Assembly: GCA_963842525.1 (NCBI GenBank)
Contig: CAWJGT010000003.1
Location: 320,001-384,000 of the forward strand
Source of the DNA: an uncultured Holophagales bacterium
GTDB lineage: Bacteria > Acidobacteriota > Thermoanaerobaculia > Multivoradales > UBA5704
Direction: 5' to 3'
DNA: 64,000 nt
The position numbers and the translations under genes were made by a program. Under the pieces are notes generated by a model, which searched no databases, was not told the DNA's origin, and was given only the letters and a program-made list of their open reading frames with translations. This document shows positions 31,193-40,451 of this stretch, piece after piece (within the stretch, counting starts at the first letter, position 1; every line of letters starts with the position of its first letter).

Positions 31193-32528
31193 ATGGCAGT
31201 CGGAGCTGTGGGCAGGCCCGCGGAGGAGCCGCGGCCGGCGCAAGCCCGCAAAGAGGCTCGCACGATCCAGATCTCGCGCGGCGCCGTGGCCCTCTACGTG
31301 GCCATCCTCCTCGGCCTGGCGCTCCTGCTCTGGTCGGCGCGGCGGGAGCGGGAGTCCCACGTCCAGGTCCCGGACCTCCGCAGCTTCGAGCCCATGCTCC
31401 CGTCGATCGCGGGGCTGACCGGCTCGGCCATCCTCCCGGGCAACCGCATCGAGGTCCTGCAGAACGGCGACGAGTTCTTCCCCGCCCTCTTCCGCGACGT
31501 CGCGGCGGCCCGGGAGACGATCAACATCGAGACCTACGTCTGGTGGCAGGGGGACGTCTGCCGGCGCCTGGCCGAAGCGCTGGCTGCCCGTGCCCGCGAG
31601 GGAGTGCAGGTCCGGCTCACCCTGGACGCCGTCGGCTCGAAGAACGGGGACGACGAGCTCTTCGAGCTGATGGAGAAGGCAGGCGTCCGGATCGCGAGGT
31701 TCCACCCCTTCGAGATCCAGGACATCGGGCTGTTCAATAACCGGACCCACCGCAAGCTCGCCATTTTCGACGGCAAGGTGGCCCACGTGTTCGGCCACGG
31801 CATCGCCGAGGAGTGGACCGGCAACGGCCAGGACGAGAAACACTGGCGCGACACCGGCGTGCGGGTCGAGGGCCCGGTCGTGCACGACATCCAGGCCATC
31901 TTCACCGAGAATTGGCTGGAGCAGACCGCCGAGCCGCTGGTGGGGACGAAATTCTTCCCGCCGCTCGCCGCGGTGGGTCCGGTGCGGGCGCACGTGACTG
32001 CGCTCGCCCCAGGGCGGCGTCTCCAGGCTCGAGCTGCTCTACAAGCTGGCCATTGCCACGGCCCAGAAAGAGCTGCTCATCCAGAATCCCTACTTCATCC
32101 CGGACGGCGAGGTCGTCGGCCTCCTCGAGGGTGCGGTCCGCCGCGGCGTGGACGTCCGGGTCATGCTGCCCGGCGTGGTCACCGACAGCTCTGTCGTCCT
32201 CCACGCCGGGCATTACCATTACGAGGAGCTGCTGGGCAATGGGATCAAGATCTACGAGCATCAGAAGACCCTGACCCATCAGAAAGTGATGGTGATCGAC
32301 GGGATCTGGTCCCACGTCGGCTCCTCCAACTTCGACGACAGGTCGCTCGACATCAACGACGAAGCGAGCCTCGGGATGATCGACCCATCGGTGGCGGCGC
32401 AGCTCCAGCAGGCCTTCAAGCGGGACCTCGCCCACTGCCGTCCGGTGACGCTCCAGGAGTGGCAGGAGCGGTCGCTCTGGCACCGGCTCGTCGACCGTGT
32501 CTCCTACACGGTCAACGAGCAGCTTTGA
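31193..32528 (+). CDS. Cardiolipin synthase (PLD family), copy 1; frameshift near 32010
   Basis: Two HKD motifs: HRKLAIFDG and HQKVMVIDG. Confidence 0.88.
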
Positions 32529-32999
32529 AGCTTAATTTAACCAAGACGAAGTAAGAAGGCCACATTGACGATCTGAAGCTGATCCCCGGCGAAGCGGCCG
32601 CTGGTCACCGTGCCGGTCAGCCCTGCGGCCCCGGCGGCGCTGGTGAAGCCGAGCAACAGGTTCGTGAGCTCGACATGGCTCTCGCTGTCGTCCGCCCACA
32701 CGATATCGAGCGTGTAACGTCCCCGGCCAGCGCTGGCGGATCACCAAGGAGACGCCCGTGGGGCCGGTGCCGTCCGCCCTGCGCCTCGCCCCCTTCTACA
32801 AGAAGTACCTGGACGGCGACGGCATCCCCATCGTGAGCTCCGACAAGGTGTCCGACCGGGCGTTGCTCCAGGCGAGGTTCCTCGCCCGGCAGATGCTGGT
32901 CCGCCTGCCCGCCGTGCGCGAAGAGCTGAAAAACAGAGAGCTGACGAAGGGTCGTAGCATCTCCACCCTAGAGATGATGCGCACGGCGTTGCGGGTTTG

Positions 33000-33578
33000 C
33001 TATGGTGGGAACGGCTGCTCGATCCCCTCGACCTTCTCATAGAGGACGAACAGGTCGGCCCTCGGTCCAACCGCGCCGACCAGCTCCCGGCCCAGCCGCT
33101 CGCGGGTCACGACACGGTAGCCGCCTTCGACCATGCGCGACGGTGGGAGCTCGTCGACCAGGCAGGCGAGCAAGCGGGTTGGGCCGGGCCAGGGGCGCAC
33201 GAGAGTAGAGTCGAAGTAGGCCTCTGCGGAGATGAGGCCCGCCGCAGTGAGCCGGTCGAGCGGCTCCGCCCCGGCGAGATAGGCCTGGACCTCATGGCTG
33301 GCCAGGAATCCGGCCCCGTGCGCGAGACGCATCGCCGTATCGACTGCGAAGACAGCGTCGGCCCTTAGAGCCTCGATCACGGCCTCGCGGGAGGCAAGGA
33401 GCACTCGCGCGACGAGTCGGCCCTGCTCTTGGAAGCTCAGAGGGACGACTCGCACCATGCGGTGCCAGACGGGGCCGGCCACCTCGCGGATCATCCGTTC
33501 CCGCCGCAGCGTCTTCTGGTCCCGCCGCAACTCCTTCAGGCGCTCGTCTGCGGTGAGGAACCTCCGGGTGTCAGGCAT
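33000..33578 (-). CDS. Hypothetical protein
   Basis: Overlaps upstream ORF; protein-like composition. Confidence 0.55.
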   Translation of the reverse strand: MPDTRRFLTADERLKELRRDQKTLRRERMIREVAGPVWHRMVRVVPLSFQEQGRLVARVLLASREAVIEALRADAVFAVDTAMRLAHGAGFLASHEVQAYLAGAEPLDRLTAAGLISAEAYFDSTLVRPWPGPTRLLACLVDELPPSRMVEGGYRVVTRERLGRELVGAVGPRADLFVLYEKVEGIEQPFPP

Positions 33579-33918
33579 CGAGCCGCTCCAGAAGGGTGCT
33601 CAGCCGCTCGAGCCCGGCCTCGACCTGATGCCTCAGGGACGCATATCCCTGAGCACCGGCATCGGAAAAGGCCGGATCTCTCTGGAGAGAGAAGACGGCG
33701 GCCTGAGCGGCGGCGCGAACTTCGGCGAGCCGTTCGGGATCCACGGCGGCGAGGAGATCGCAAACCTCCGCCTCGAAGGCCGCGTCCTCGACTCGCTCGG
33801 CGAGGACGAGAAGGGCTTGGAGCTTGTCCTTGGCACCCTTGTGAGCCCGCTCCGTGAGGAGCTTGACGATCACGAAGCTGGCCGGCCTCAAGGCGCGGCC
33901 TCCGGAAGGAAGCTCCAT
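33571..33918 (-). CDS. Hypothetical protein, possibly the C-terminal part of a nucleotidyltransferase-like protein (5' truncated)
   Basis: PASFVIVKL..KGAKDKLQAL helical motif. Confidence 0.4.
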   Translation of the reverse strand: MELPSGGRALRPASFVIVKLLTERAHKGAKDKLQALLVLAERVEDAAFEAEVCDLLAAVDPERLAEVRAAAQAAVFSLQRDPAFSDAGAQGYASLRHQVEAGLERLSTLLERLDA

Positions 33919-34266
33919 CGTCGCCCGGGGAGTCGCCAGGAGCCGGGAGAGGTCTTCCGGAGAGCTTCGAGGATACGAAGGGCTGTCTTCCGGTCAATCA
34001 CTCCCCGATTGTAGCGGGCGGGGCGGCCTGGTCAAATGCCAAGGAGAAATTCAGCCGAGCCCTTGCATCCGAGATCCATTGGCTTCGCCCATAAGCCTCG
34101 CTTCCCCCGCTCAATACAACATCGAGAAAGAAGGGGGTAAGCTCGAGGTCAGCATGGGCGGCGCAGTGGCGCGATCCAGATCCTGGAGGAAAAGCTGGGC
34201 AAAGCCATAGAGGAGTGACGAAGGGCGGCACGAGGTCTGCAAGCAGGTTGGCGGGGGGAGGGGTGT

Positions 34267-35538
34267 ATGGTCGAGATTCCCGTCTGGCTGCTCGTCGTCA
34301 TGGCCTCTTTGATCCTCTTGCTGGGGTTGATGCTCTTCAACAACCTGCGGGAGCGGAATTTCCACGTCAAGGTACCCGACATCGACTCCTTCGAGGAGGC
34401 TCTCCCTTCGATCGCCGGCATGACGCGGGCGGTCCTCCTGGACGGCAACAGCGCGGAGGTCCTGCAGAACGGCGACGAGTTTTTCCCCGCCCTGCTCGAA
34501 TCGATCCGCACGGCCGAGAAAACGGTCCACCTCGAGACCTACGTCTGGTGGAAGGGCAAGATCTGCGAAGAGGTCGCGGAGGCCTTTGCCGAGCGCGCCC
34601 GCGCCGGCGTCGAGGTACGGGTCATGATCGACGCGATCGGTGGCTGGCAGATGAAGCGCCGCCTGCGGAAGCTGATGGAAGAGTCGGGCGTCAAGCTGCG
34701 CCGCTACCACCCGATCCGCTGGAATGACATCGGGCAGCTCAACAAGAGGAGCCACCGCAAGCTGTCGATCTTCGACGGCCGCCACGGCTACGTCTGCGGC
34801 CACGGGATCTCCAAGAAGTGGGTCGGCCACGGCCAGGACAAGGACCACTGGCGCGACACCGCGGTGCGCCTGCGGGGGCCGATCGTCAACGCCCTGCAGT
34901 CGGCCTTCTCCCAGCACTGGGTGGAGGAGACGGGAGAAGTCTTCGTGGAGGAGAAATACTTCCCGGACCTCGAGCCCGCCGGCAACCTCCGGATGCACAT
35001 GATGTCCGGGGCCCCCCTGGGTGGCGTCTCGGACCTGGAAATGCTGTTCAAGATGTCCCTCGCCGCGGCCCAGAAGGAGCTGATCATCCAGGACCCGTAC
35101 TTCATCGCGGATCCGGAGACGGTGGATCTCCTCAAGCGGGCGGTCCGGCGCGGCGTCGACGTCAAGATCATGGTGCCCGGCTCGGTCACCGACAGCCCCT
35201 TCGTCAGCCACGCCGGCCACCGTCATTTCTCGGAGATGCTGAACAGCGGGGTGCGGCTCTTCTGCTTCGAGAGAACCCTGATCCACCAGAAGATCATGAT
35301 CATCGACGGCGTCTGGTCGCACGTCGGCTCGACCAACCTCGACGACCGTTCCTTCGACATCAACGAGGAGGCCGGCGTGGGCATCATCGACGAAGGGATC
35401 GCCAGCCAGCTCAAGGCCGCCTTCGAAGAAGACCGCAAGGCCAGCATCGAGCTGAAGGCGGAAGAGTGGGACCGCGCCTACAACCTCCGCCACCGCGCCT
35501 TCGACCGGCTCTGCTACCTGCTCAGCGGCCAGCTCTGA
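34267..35538 (+). CDS. Cardiolipin synthase (PLD family), copy 2
   Basis: HRKLSIFDG and HQKIMIIDG; close paralog of 31193-32528. Confidence 0.92.
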   Translation: MVEIPVWLLVVMASLILLLGLMLFNNLRERNFHVKVPDIDSFEEALPSIAGMTRAVLLDGNSAEVLQNGDEFFPALLESIRTAEKTVHLETYVWWKGKICEEVAEAFAERARAGVEVRVMIDAIGGWQMKRRLRKLMEESGVKLRRYHPIRWNDIGQLNKRSHRKLSIFDGRHGYVCGHGISKKWVGHGQDKDHWRDTAVRLRGPIVNALQSAFSQHWVEETGEVFVEEKYFPDLEPAGNLRMHMMSGAPLGGVSDLEMLFKMSLAAAQKELIIQDPYFIADPETVDLLKRAVRRGVDVKIMVPGSVTDSPFVSHAGHRHFSEMLNSGVRLFCFERTLIHQKIMIIDGVWSHVGSTNLDDRSFDINEEAGVGIIDEGIASQLKAAFEEDRKASIELKAEEWDRAYNLRHRAFDRLCYLLSGQL

Positions 35539-35639
35539 GCGGCGATCCACTCTGCGACCAGACTGGCTGCGGCTCATCTCTCCTCCCTGAGAGTTGTCGC
35601 GACGTCGCTGTGCTCGCACTTGGGGTAACCCGCGGTGTC

Positions 35640-36205
35640 GCAACGAACGGCGACCACGTCTCTGCGAAGCTCGCTCTGTCGCAGGTCATCCTACGCTGCG
35701 ACAGTGTCCCTTTGCACGGAAAGCCCGCCGATAGCCGCCAGCGAGCCGTGCCCCGGCTTTGTCGCGCCGTCAGCCCGCGAACGCCCAGCGGCGAGAAGGC
35801 CGCGACAGTGTCTCCTAGCGCTGCGACAAGACTACCACACAATATGACAGAGCCGGGAAGCTTTAAAACAGAGTCCGCCGAGCTGCGACAAGGCAAGGAC
35901 GCTACGCGACAGATCTCGATGACTCTGAGACATTGTCCGGGCATGCCGCGACGAATCGTTGAGCCGCTGCGACAGAACGCCGAAACACTGAAACGGAATC
36001 TCGGGACTCTGTGGTGAACAATCGACATATTGCGACAATGCAAGCAGCCTCCAAGCTTTTGCCAGGAGACATGCGACGATGTAAGCTCACTCTGTCGCAG
36101 AGGAAGGAGACCGTGCGACAATGCGAGCTTGCACTGCGACAGCGTGAGGTGACGCTGCGACATTGCCCGAAGATCTGCGACGCATCGCCGAGATGACGCG
36201 ACAAA
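35640..36205. repeat. Degenerate 21-bp periodic repeat region (core TGCGACA)
   Basis: ctgcgaca/acgcgaca/ctgagaca recur at 21-bp spacing. Confidence 0.7.
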
Positions 36206-36795
36206 GAGAGCAGCGCTGCGAGCGCGGGCGTCCCGCCCGCCTTCACCAGGGCGTGGGGCCGAGATCAAGCCCTGCACGACCCAAGGCGAAGAAGTACCTC
36301 GACCTCGCGAGTGCTGCTCGCCTTCCGGAGCGCAGACTCGAGACTGGGTACGCCGGGAGTGCATATCGCGACGTAGAAGACGCCGGAGATCCTCCGCCCA
36401 GGTGCTCCGATCTCACGGAAGGAAATAGGGATAGGCCCCCTCTTGCGTGAAGGCGTTCGGAACCTTATCTGGTCGCCAGAGACGTCTAAGCGCGATCCGG
36501 GATGCCTTATCGTCCTTCGCAGGTCGCGTTGACTCCTGCCGGAGGGAGGGGGTATGCTCTCTAAGTTGAGGAAGAAGAACACGTTGAAGGGAAGACGCGA
36601 GGAACGGCGCCCCGTCTTATACGGCGCGTAGAAGCCCATAAAGAGAATCGCTGAGTAAGGCGGTTGAACTAAACCGCTACGCGGCGGTGCCCTCCGAGCC
36701 GAATTTCGCTTTTTTTAGCCGATTTCTTCTCCAAGACGACAAACGTTTCTGATCGGTCTACCTTTCGGGCTGTACTTTCCCGAAAGGAGGACCCC

Positions 36796-37650
36796 ATGAC
36801 AGAGATGCGTCGACGGATGGAAGAGGAGTTGAAGCTGCGGGGCTACAGCCCGCGCACACATGAGGCGTACATCCACTGGGTACGCCAGTTTGCCGCGCAC
36901 TATCGTCGGCCGCCCGAGCAGATGGGAGCTGAAGAGGTTCGCGCCTACCTGGTCGATCTTCTCGAAAATCGTAAGCTGGCGCGGTCGTCGTTGGTTCAGG
37001 CCTTGTGCGCTTTGAAGTTTTTCTACAGCCAGGTGCTGCATCGGCCCTGCGAGGTGGAGAATCTACGCTTTCCCCGGCAAAAGAGGAAGTTGCCAACGGT
37101 TTTGAGCGAGCCGGAGGTGAGGCGGTTGTTGGAGGCGGCCGAGGACCTGCGGGAGCAGGCGATCCTGATGACGCTGTATTCGGCGGGCCTGCGCCTGGGC
37201 GAATTGCTGCACCTGCAGGTTAAAGACATCGACAGCACGAAGATGCAGATTCGAGTTCGTCAGGGCAAGGGTTCCAAGGATCGCAACGTCGTGCTGTCGC
37301 GGACTCTGCTGGAAGTACTGCGACGCTACTTCCTGCAGTACAGGCCCGAGGTTTGGCTGTTTTATGGCGAGACGCCGCAGCGGCCACTCAATGAACGGAC
37401 TGTCCAGCGGATGGTGCGTCGGCTCAGTGAAAAAGCTGGCCTGCGCCAGGGAGTCAGCACCCACACGCTGAGGCATAGCTTCGCCACCCATCTTTTGGAG
37501 CGTGGCACGGAGGTACCGTATATCCAGGAGCTTCTCGGGCATCGCAGCGTGCGCACCACGATGCTGTATACGCGGGTCAGTCCGCGAGCGCTGAGCAAGG
37601 TGATCAGTCCCTTGGACCGGCTGGACTGGAGACCTCGCGAGTTGACATAG
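36796..37650 (+). CDS. Tyrosine recombinase with N-terminal SAM-like domain (not IntI)
   Basis: AGLR, GKGSKDR, HTLRHSFATH, LGH, Y; lacks the IntI-specific insertion; AGGAGG RBS. Confidence 0.93.
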   Translation: MTEMRRRMEEELKLRGYSPRTHEAYIHWVRQFAAHYRRPPEQMGAEEVRAYLVDLLENRKLARSSLVQALCALKFFYSQVLHRPCEVENLRFPRQKRKLPTVLSEPEVRRLLEAAEDLREQAILMTLYSAGLRLGELLHLQVKDIDSTKMQIRVRQGKGSKDRNVVLSRTLLEVLRRYFLQYRPEVWLFYGETPQRPLNERTVQRMVRRLSEKAGLRQGVSTHTLRHSFATHLLERGTEVPYIQELLGHRSVRTTMLYTRVSPRALSKVISPLDRLDWRPRELT

Positions 37651-37659
37651 GACGGTGCC

Positions 37660-38856
37660 GTGTCGGGCACCTCCCGCTTGGAGGTGGCCCACATCTTCCG
37701 TCTCTATGGTGAGGAGTATCGGCAAGGACACCGACTCTCCCGGCCGCAGTTGCGGGCCATGCGGGCCATCGAGATCTGCCGCACCGCCTCTCTGGGCGGG
37801 CATGTGGACGAGTGTGACCAGTGCGGTGTACGCACAATCAGCTACAACTCCTGTCGCAACCGACACTGCCCGAAATGCCAGGGCCTGGACAGGGATCTCT
37901 GGTTGGAGCAGCGCTGTGGCGAGTTGCTGCCGGTGCCGTACTTCCATGTCGTATTCACAGTTCCAGAAGAGCTCAACCCCCTGGCGCTTGCCAACCCCAA
38001 GTGGTTTTACGACCTGCTCTTCGACTGTGCCGCCAAGGCGCTGCTGGAGATCGCTGCCGATGCCAAGCACCTCGGAGCGCGCATCGGGGTGCTGGCAGTG
38101 CTGCACACCTGGAGCCAGACGCTGCTGCTGCATCCGCATCTGCATTGCATCGTACCGGGAGGAGGCCTGTCGCCGGACGGGCAGAGGTGGATCGCCAGCC
38201 GGCCCAACTACTTCCTGCCGGTCCAGGTGTTGTCGCGGCTGTTCCGCGGCAAGTTTCTGGCCCAGGTCAAGGCGGCTTGGAAGTCCGGCCAGTTGCGCCT
38301 ACCAGAGACTCTGCGCGATCCGTTCACCTTCCAGAACCTGCTCGACCGGCTCTACCGCAAGACCTGGGTGGTTTACAGCAAACCCCCCTTCGGAGGCCCG
38401 GAGCAGGTGCTGGCCTATCTGGCCCGCTACACTCACCGGGTGGCGATCTCCAATCATCGCCTCCTCCGTCTGAAAGATGACCAAGTCACCTTCACCTACA
38501 AGGACTATACCCAGGGCGGCCGGGTGCGAGAAATGACGCTGCCGGTGGATGAGTTCATCCGCCGCTTCCTGCTGCACGTGCTTCCTGAGCGCTTCGTGCG
38601 CATCCGCTACTACGGCCTGTTGTCCAACCGCCAACGTGCGGGCAACCTGGCCCGGTGCCGCGAGTTGCTCGGTGCCCCTCCGTCGGAGCTGTCAGTTGCC
38701 GAGCCACCGGCCGGCGAGGGCTGGCAAGCCAGGCTGGTCCGGCTGACAGGCAAGGATCCGACCCTTTGTCCACAGTGCGGGCGGGGCCACCTGCGGCGGG
38801 TCGAGGAATTGCCTCCCGCTTGCTCGGCGGCCCGGCCTGGGAGGTCGCCGCCGTGA
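37660..38856 (+). CDS. IS91-family (Y2, HUH) transposase with N-terminal Zn-binding domain
   Basis: SCRNRHCPKC, HPHLH, YLARY, RIRYYG. Confidence 0.93.
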   Translation: MSGTSRLEVAHIFRLYGEEYRQGHRLSRPQLRAMRAIEICRTASLGGHVDECDQCGVRTISYNSCRNRHCPKCQGLDRDLWLEQRCGELLPVPYFHVVFTVPEELNPLALANPKWFYDLLFDCAAKALLEIAADAKHLGARIGVLAVLHTWSQTLLLHPHLHCIVPGGGLSPDGQRWIASRPNYFLPVQVLSRLFRGKFLAQVKAAWKSGQLRLPETLRDPFTFQNLLDRLYRKTWVVYSKPPFGGPEQVLAYLARYTHRVAISNHRLLRLKDDQVTFTYKDYTQGGRVREMTLPVDEFIRRFLLHVLPERFVRIRYYGLLSNRQRAGNLARCRELLGAPPSELSVAEPPAGEGWQARLVRLTGKDPTLCPQCGRGHLRRVEELPPACSAARPGRSPP

Positions 38857-39119
38857 GACCTGCGCAGGTCCCTGTGGCGTTGCGACTCTCCCAGAGAGTA
38901 TTGGAGGAGGTGTATCCTCCCGCGATTCTGCGGTACAATGGTGCAAACGAAATCGCTGTGGGAGGAGCCCTTGGCCGGCCACCAACTCCAGGACGAGGCA
39001 TTCCGGTACCGCCAGCATCGCATCGCGGGGCTTTCCCGGAGGTGTGGGCGGTCGAGGCGCGGCTTTCGCCTGCGAATTGATTTGCCATAGCCCGGCAGGT
39101 CGGACTCCCCCGCGGTTTC

Positions 39120-39216
39120 GCTCAACCGGCGTCTATCCGCGGTCCTCCCCTGAGCAGGCGGTGGACTCCGGAGCTGTGTTGTGGGAGGACCCCGGATAGA
39201 CGCTTACACGTTGTGC
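39120..39216 (+). other. attC-like site 0
   Basis: GCTCAAC ... gcgtctatccg/ggtcctccc pairing with gggaggacc/cggatagacgc ... GTTGTGC. Confidence 0.75.
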
Positions 39217-39254
39217 GACAGAAAGATAGAGCTGGTAACCTCCAAGAGTGACGC

Positions 39255-39821
39255 ATGACAGGCAATCGAGCACTTCGGAACCTTACGGATGACCTCACTG
39301 CCAAGCTCGAGGACGTGGAATTCCTCGCCTGCTACTCAGCAGCTATAGCACGCGTCGTTCGGCAGCGCGAGAGATGGGCCAAGTGGCTGGTCGCTGTCGC
39401 CGCATGCGTACCATTCCTTGCTCGTCTCCGGGCAATCTCAGGACCTACCGTCGACTGGCTGGTGGCGATCGTACCTCTGTTGGCGATTGGACTTCCCATT
39501 TGGAATCCAGAGAAAACTATTGAAGCTGCTTCCACACTTCACGGCCGTTATCTTCAGGCGCTCCCGCCACTTCGAGCGCTTTGGCGCAGACTACGAGACT
39601 TCGAGGGCCCGAGCGAGGCGACCGGCACCCTTGTTAGCGAGGTCGCGGGTGAACTGAAGACTTTGGAACAGGAACTTGCGTCGATGAAATCGGAGGCATC
39701 AACCCTGCCGGACATCCGCAAGCTCAAACTGCGGTGCAAGTCTTCAGTTCCCAAGTACAGCCTTCTCCAAACAGAACCACCCCGGGGGCCTGAGGATGTT
39801 GGATACAAGATGGGCAACTGA
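39255..39821 (+). CDS. Cassette gene: two-TM membrane protein, SLATT-like
   Basis: Two short hydrophobic segments then a helical C-terminus; flanked by attC sites. Confidence 0.65.
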   Translation: MTGNRALRNLTDDLTAKLEDVEFLACYSAAIARVVRQRERWAKWLVAVAACVPFLARLRAISGPTVDWLVAIVPLLAIGLPIWNPEKTIEAASTLHGRYLQALPPLRALWRRLRDFEGPSEATGTLVSEVAGELKTLEQELASMKSEASTLPDIRKLKLRCKSSVPKYSLLQTEPPRGPEDVGYKMGN

Positions 39822-39833
39822 GGCGGTATGGTC

Positions 39834-39895
39834 GCACAACCCAGCTCCTCCAGCGGACGGCTAACGCCGCACGCTGAGGCGCGGCAGCGTTGGGC
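39834..39895 (+). other. attC site 1
   Basis: GCACAAC (complementary to upstream GTTGTGC) ... GTTGGGC. Confidence 0.85.
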
Positions 39896-40020
39896 GCAAG
39901 GATAGCGCTGAATTTCGGCCTTACGGAAGAAGTCCTGTTGTTGGCCTCAAAGCGAAGGTACCTCGTCGCATCACCGTCCACCCGAATCGGCGGGATGGGC
40001 ACCTACCGAGGAGGAATGCC

Positions 40021-40395
40021 ATGTCACACCGGATTAGCCGTTCCTCAGTTCTGATCTGTCTCACTCTGCTGGTTCTCTCGCCACTCAAGGGTAACGCTGT
40101 CTCAGCTACCGCGGACGACCCGCCGGAATCAGTTACGGCCGTGGTGACTCCGACGGTGTCGCCGGACTCTGAGAACCTGGTCGAGGGCTTGCCCGGCCTG
40201 TTCGAGAGAGGGGTGTGCCCCAAGGACGGCCTGGGAGTCCCAGCGCCGATCCAGACGGTGGACCAATGCGCCACCTGTACTCCCTCTATTCCCTGCCCTC
40301 CTGGGATGTGTAGGTACTGCGCTGGTGGACCTTACTGCAATTCATCAACCCAGTGCACGTGCCAGTGCATTCCACCATGCTTCGAACCTTTGTGA
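40021..40395 (+). CDS. Cassette gene: secreted Cys-rich protein
   Basis: GAGGAGG RBS, signal peptide, 10 Cys in the C-terminal ~42 aa. Confidence 0.75.
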   Translation: MSHRISRSSVLICLTLLVLSPLKGNAVSATADDPPESVTAVVTPTVSPDSENLVEGLPGLFERGVCPKDGLGVPAPIQTVDQCATCTPSIPCPPGMCRYCAGGPYCNSSTQCTCQCIPPCFEPL

Positions 40396-40397
40396 GC

Positions 40398-40451
40398 GCC
40401 CAACCCCGCCGATCGAGCGGACGGCAAGCCGCCGCTCATCGGCATAAGCGT
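40398..40451 (+). other. attC site 2, interrupted at GT/T by a group II intron
   Basis: GCCCAAC (complementary to upstream GTTGGGC), hairpin, then GT|intron|TGAGAGC. Confidence 0.8.

Larger units (their letters stand above)
36660..39216 (+). mobile_element. Tyrosine recombinase + IS91-like transposase element bounded by 18-bp inverted repeats and ending in an attC site
   Basis: Left gcggttgaactaaaccgc (36660-36677) vs right gcggtttcgctcaaccgg (39112-39129), 15/18 inverted match; the right end overlaps the attC R'' box. Confidence 0.75.

Noticed and set aside
32758-33042. Intact gene
   Set aside because: The first ~60 codons look protein-like but run into unrelated sequence; probably a fragment
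36796-37650. Integron integrase IntI
   Set aside because: Lacks the IntI-specific insertion, is co-oriented with the cassettes and is coupled to an IS91-like transposase
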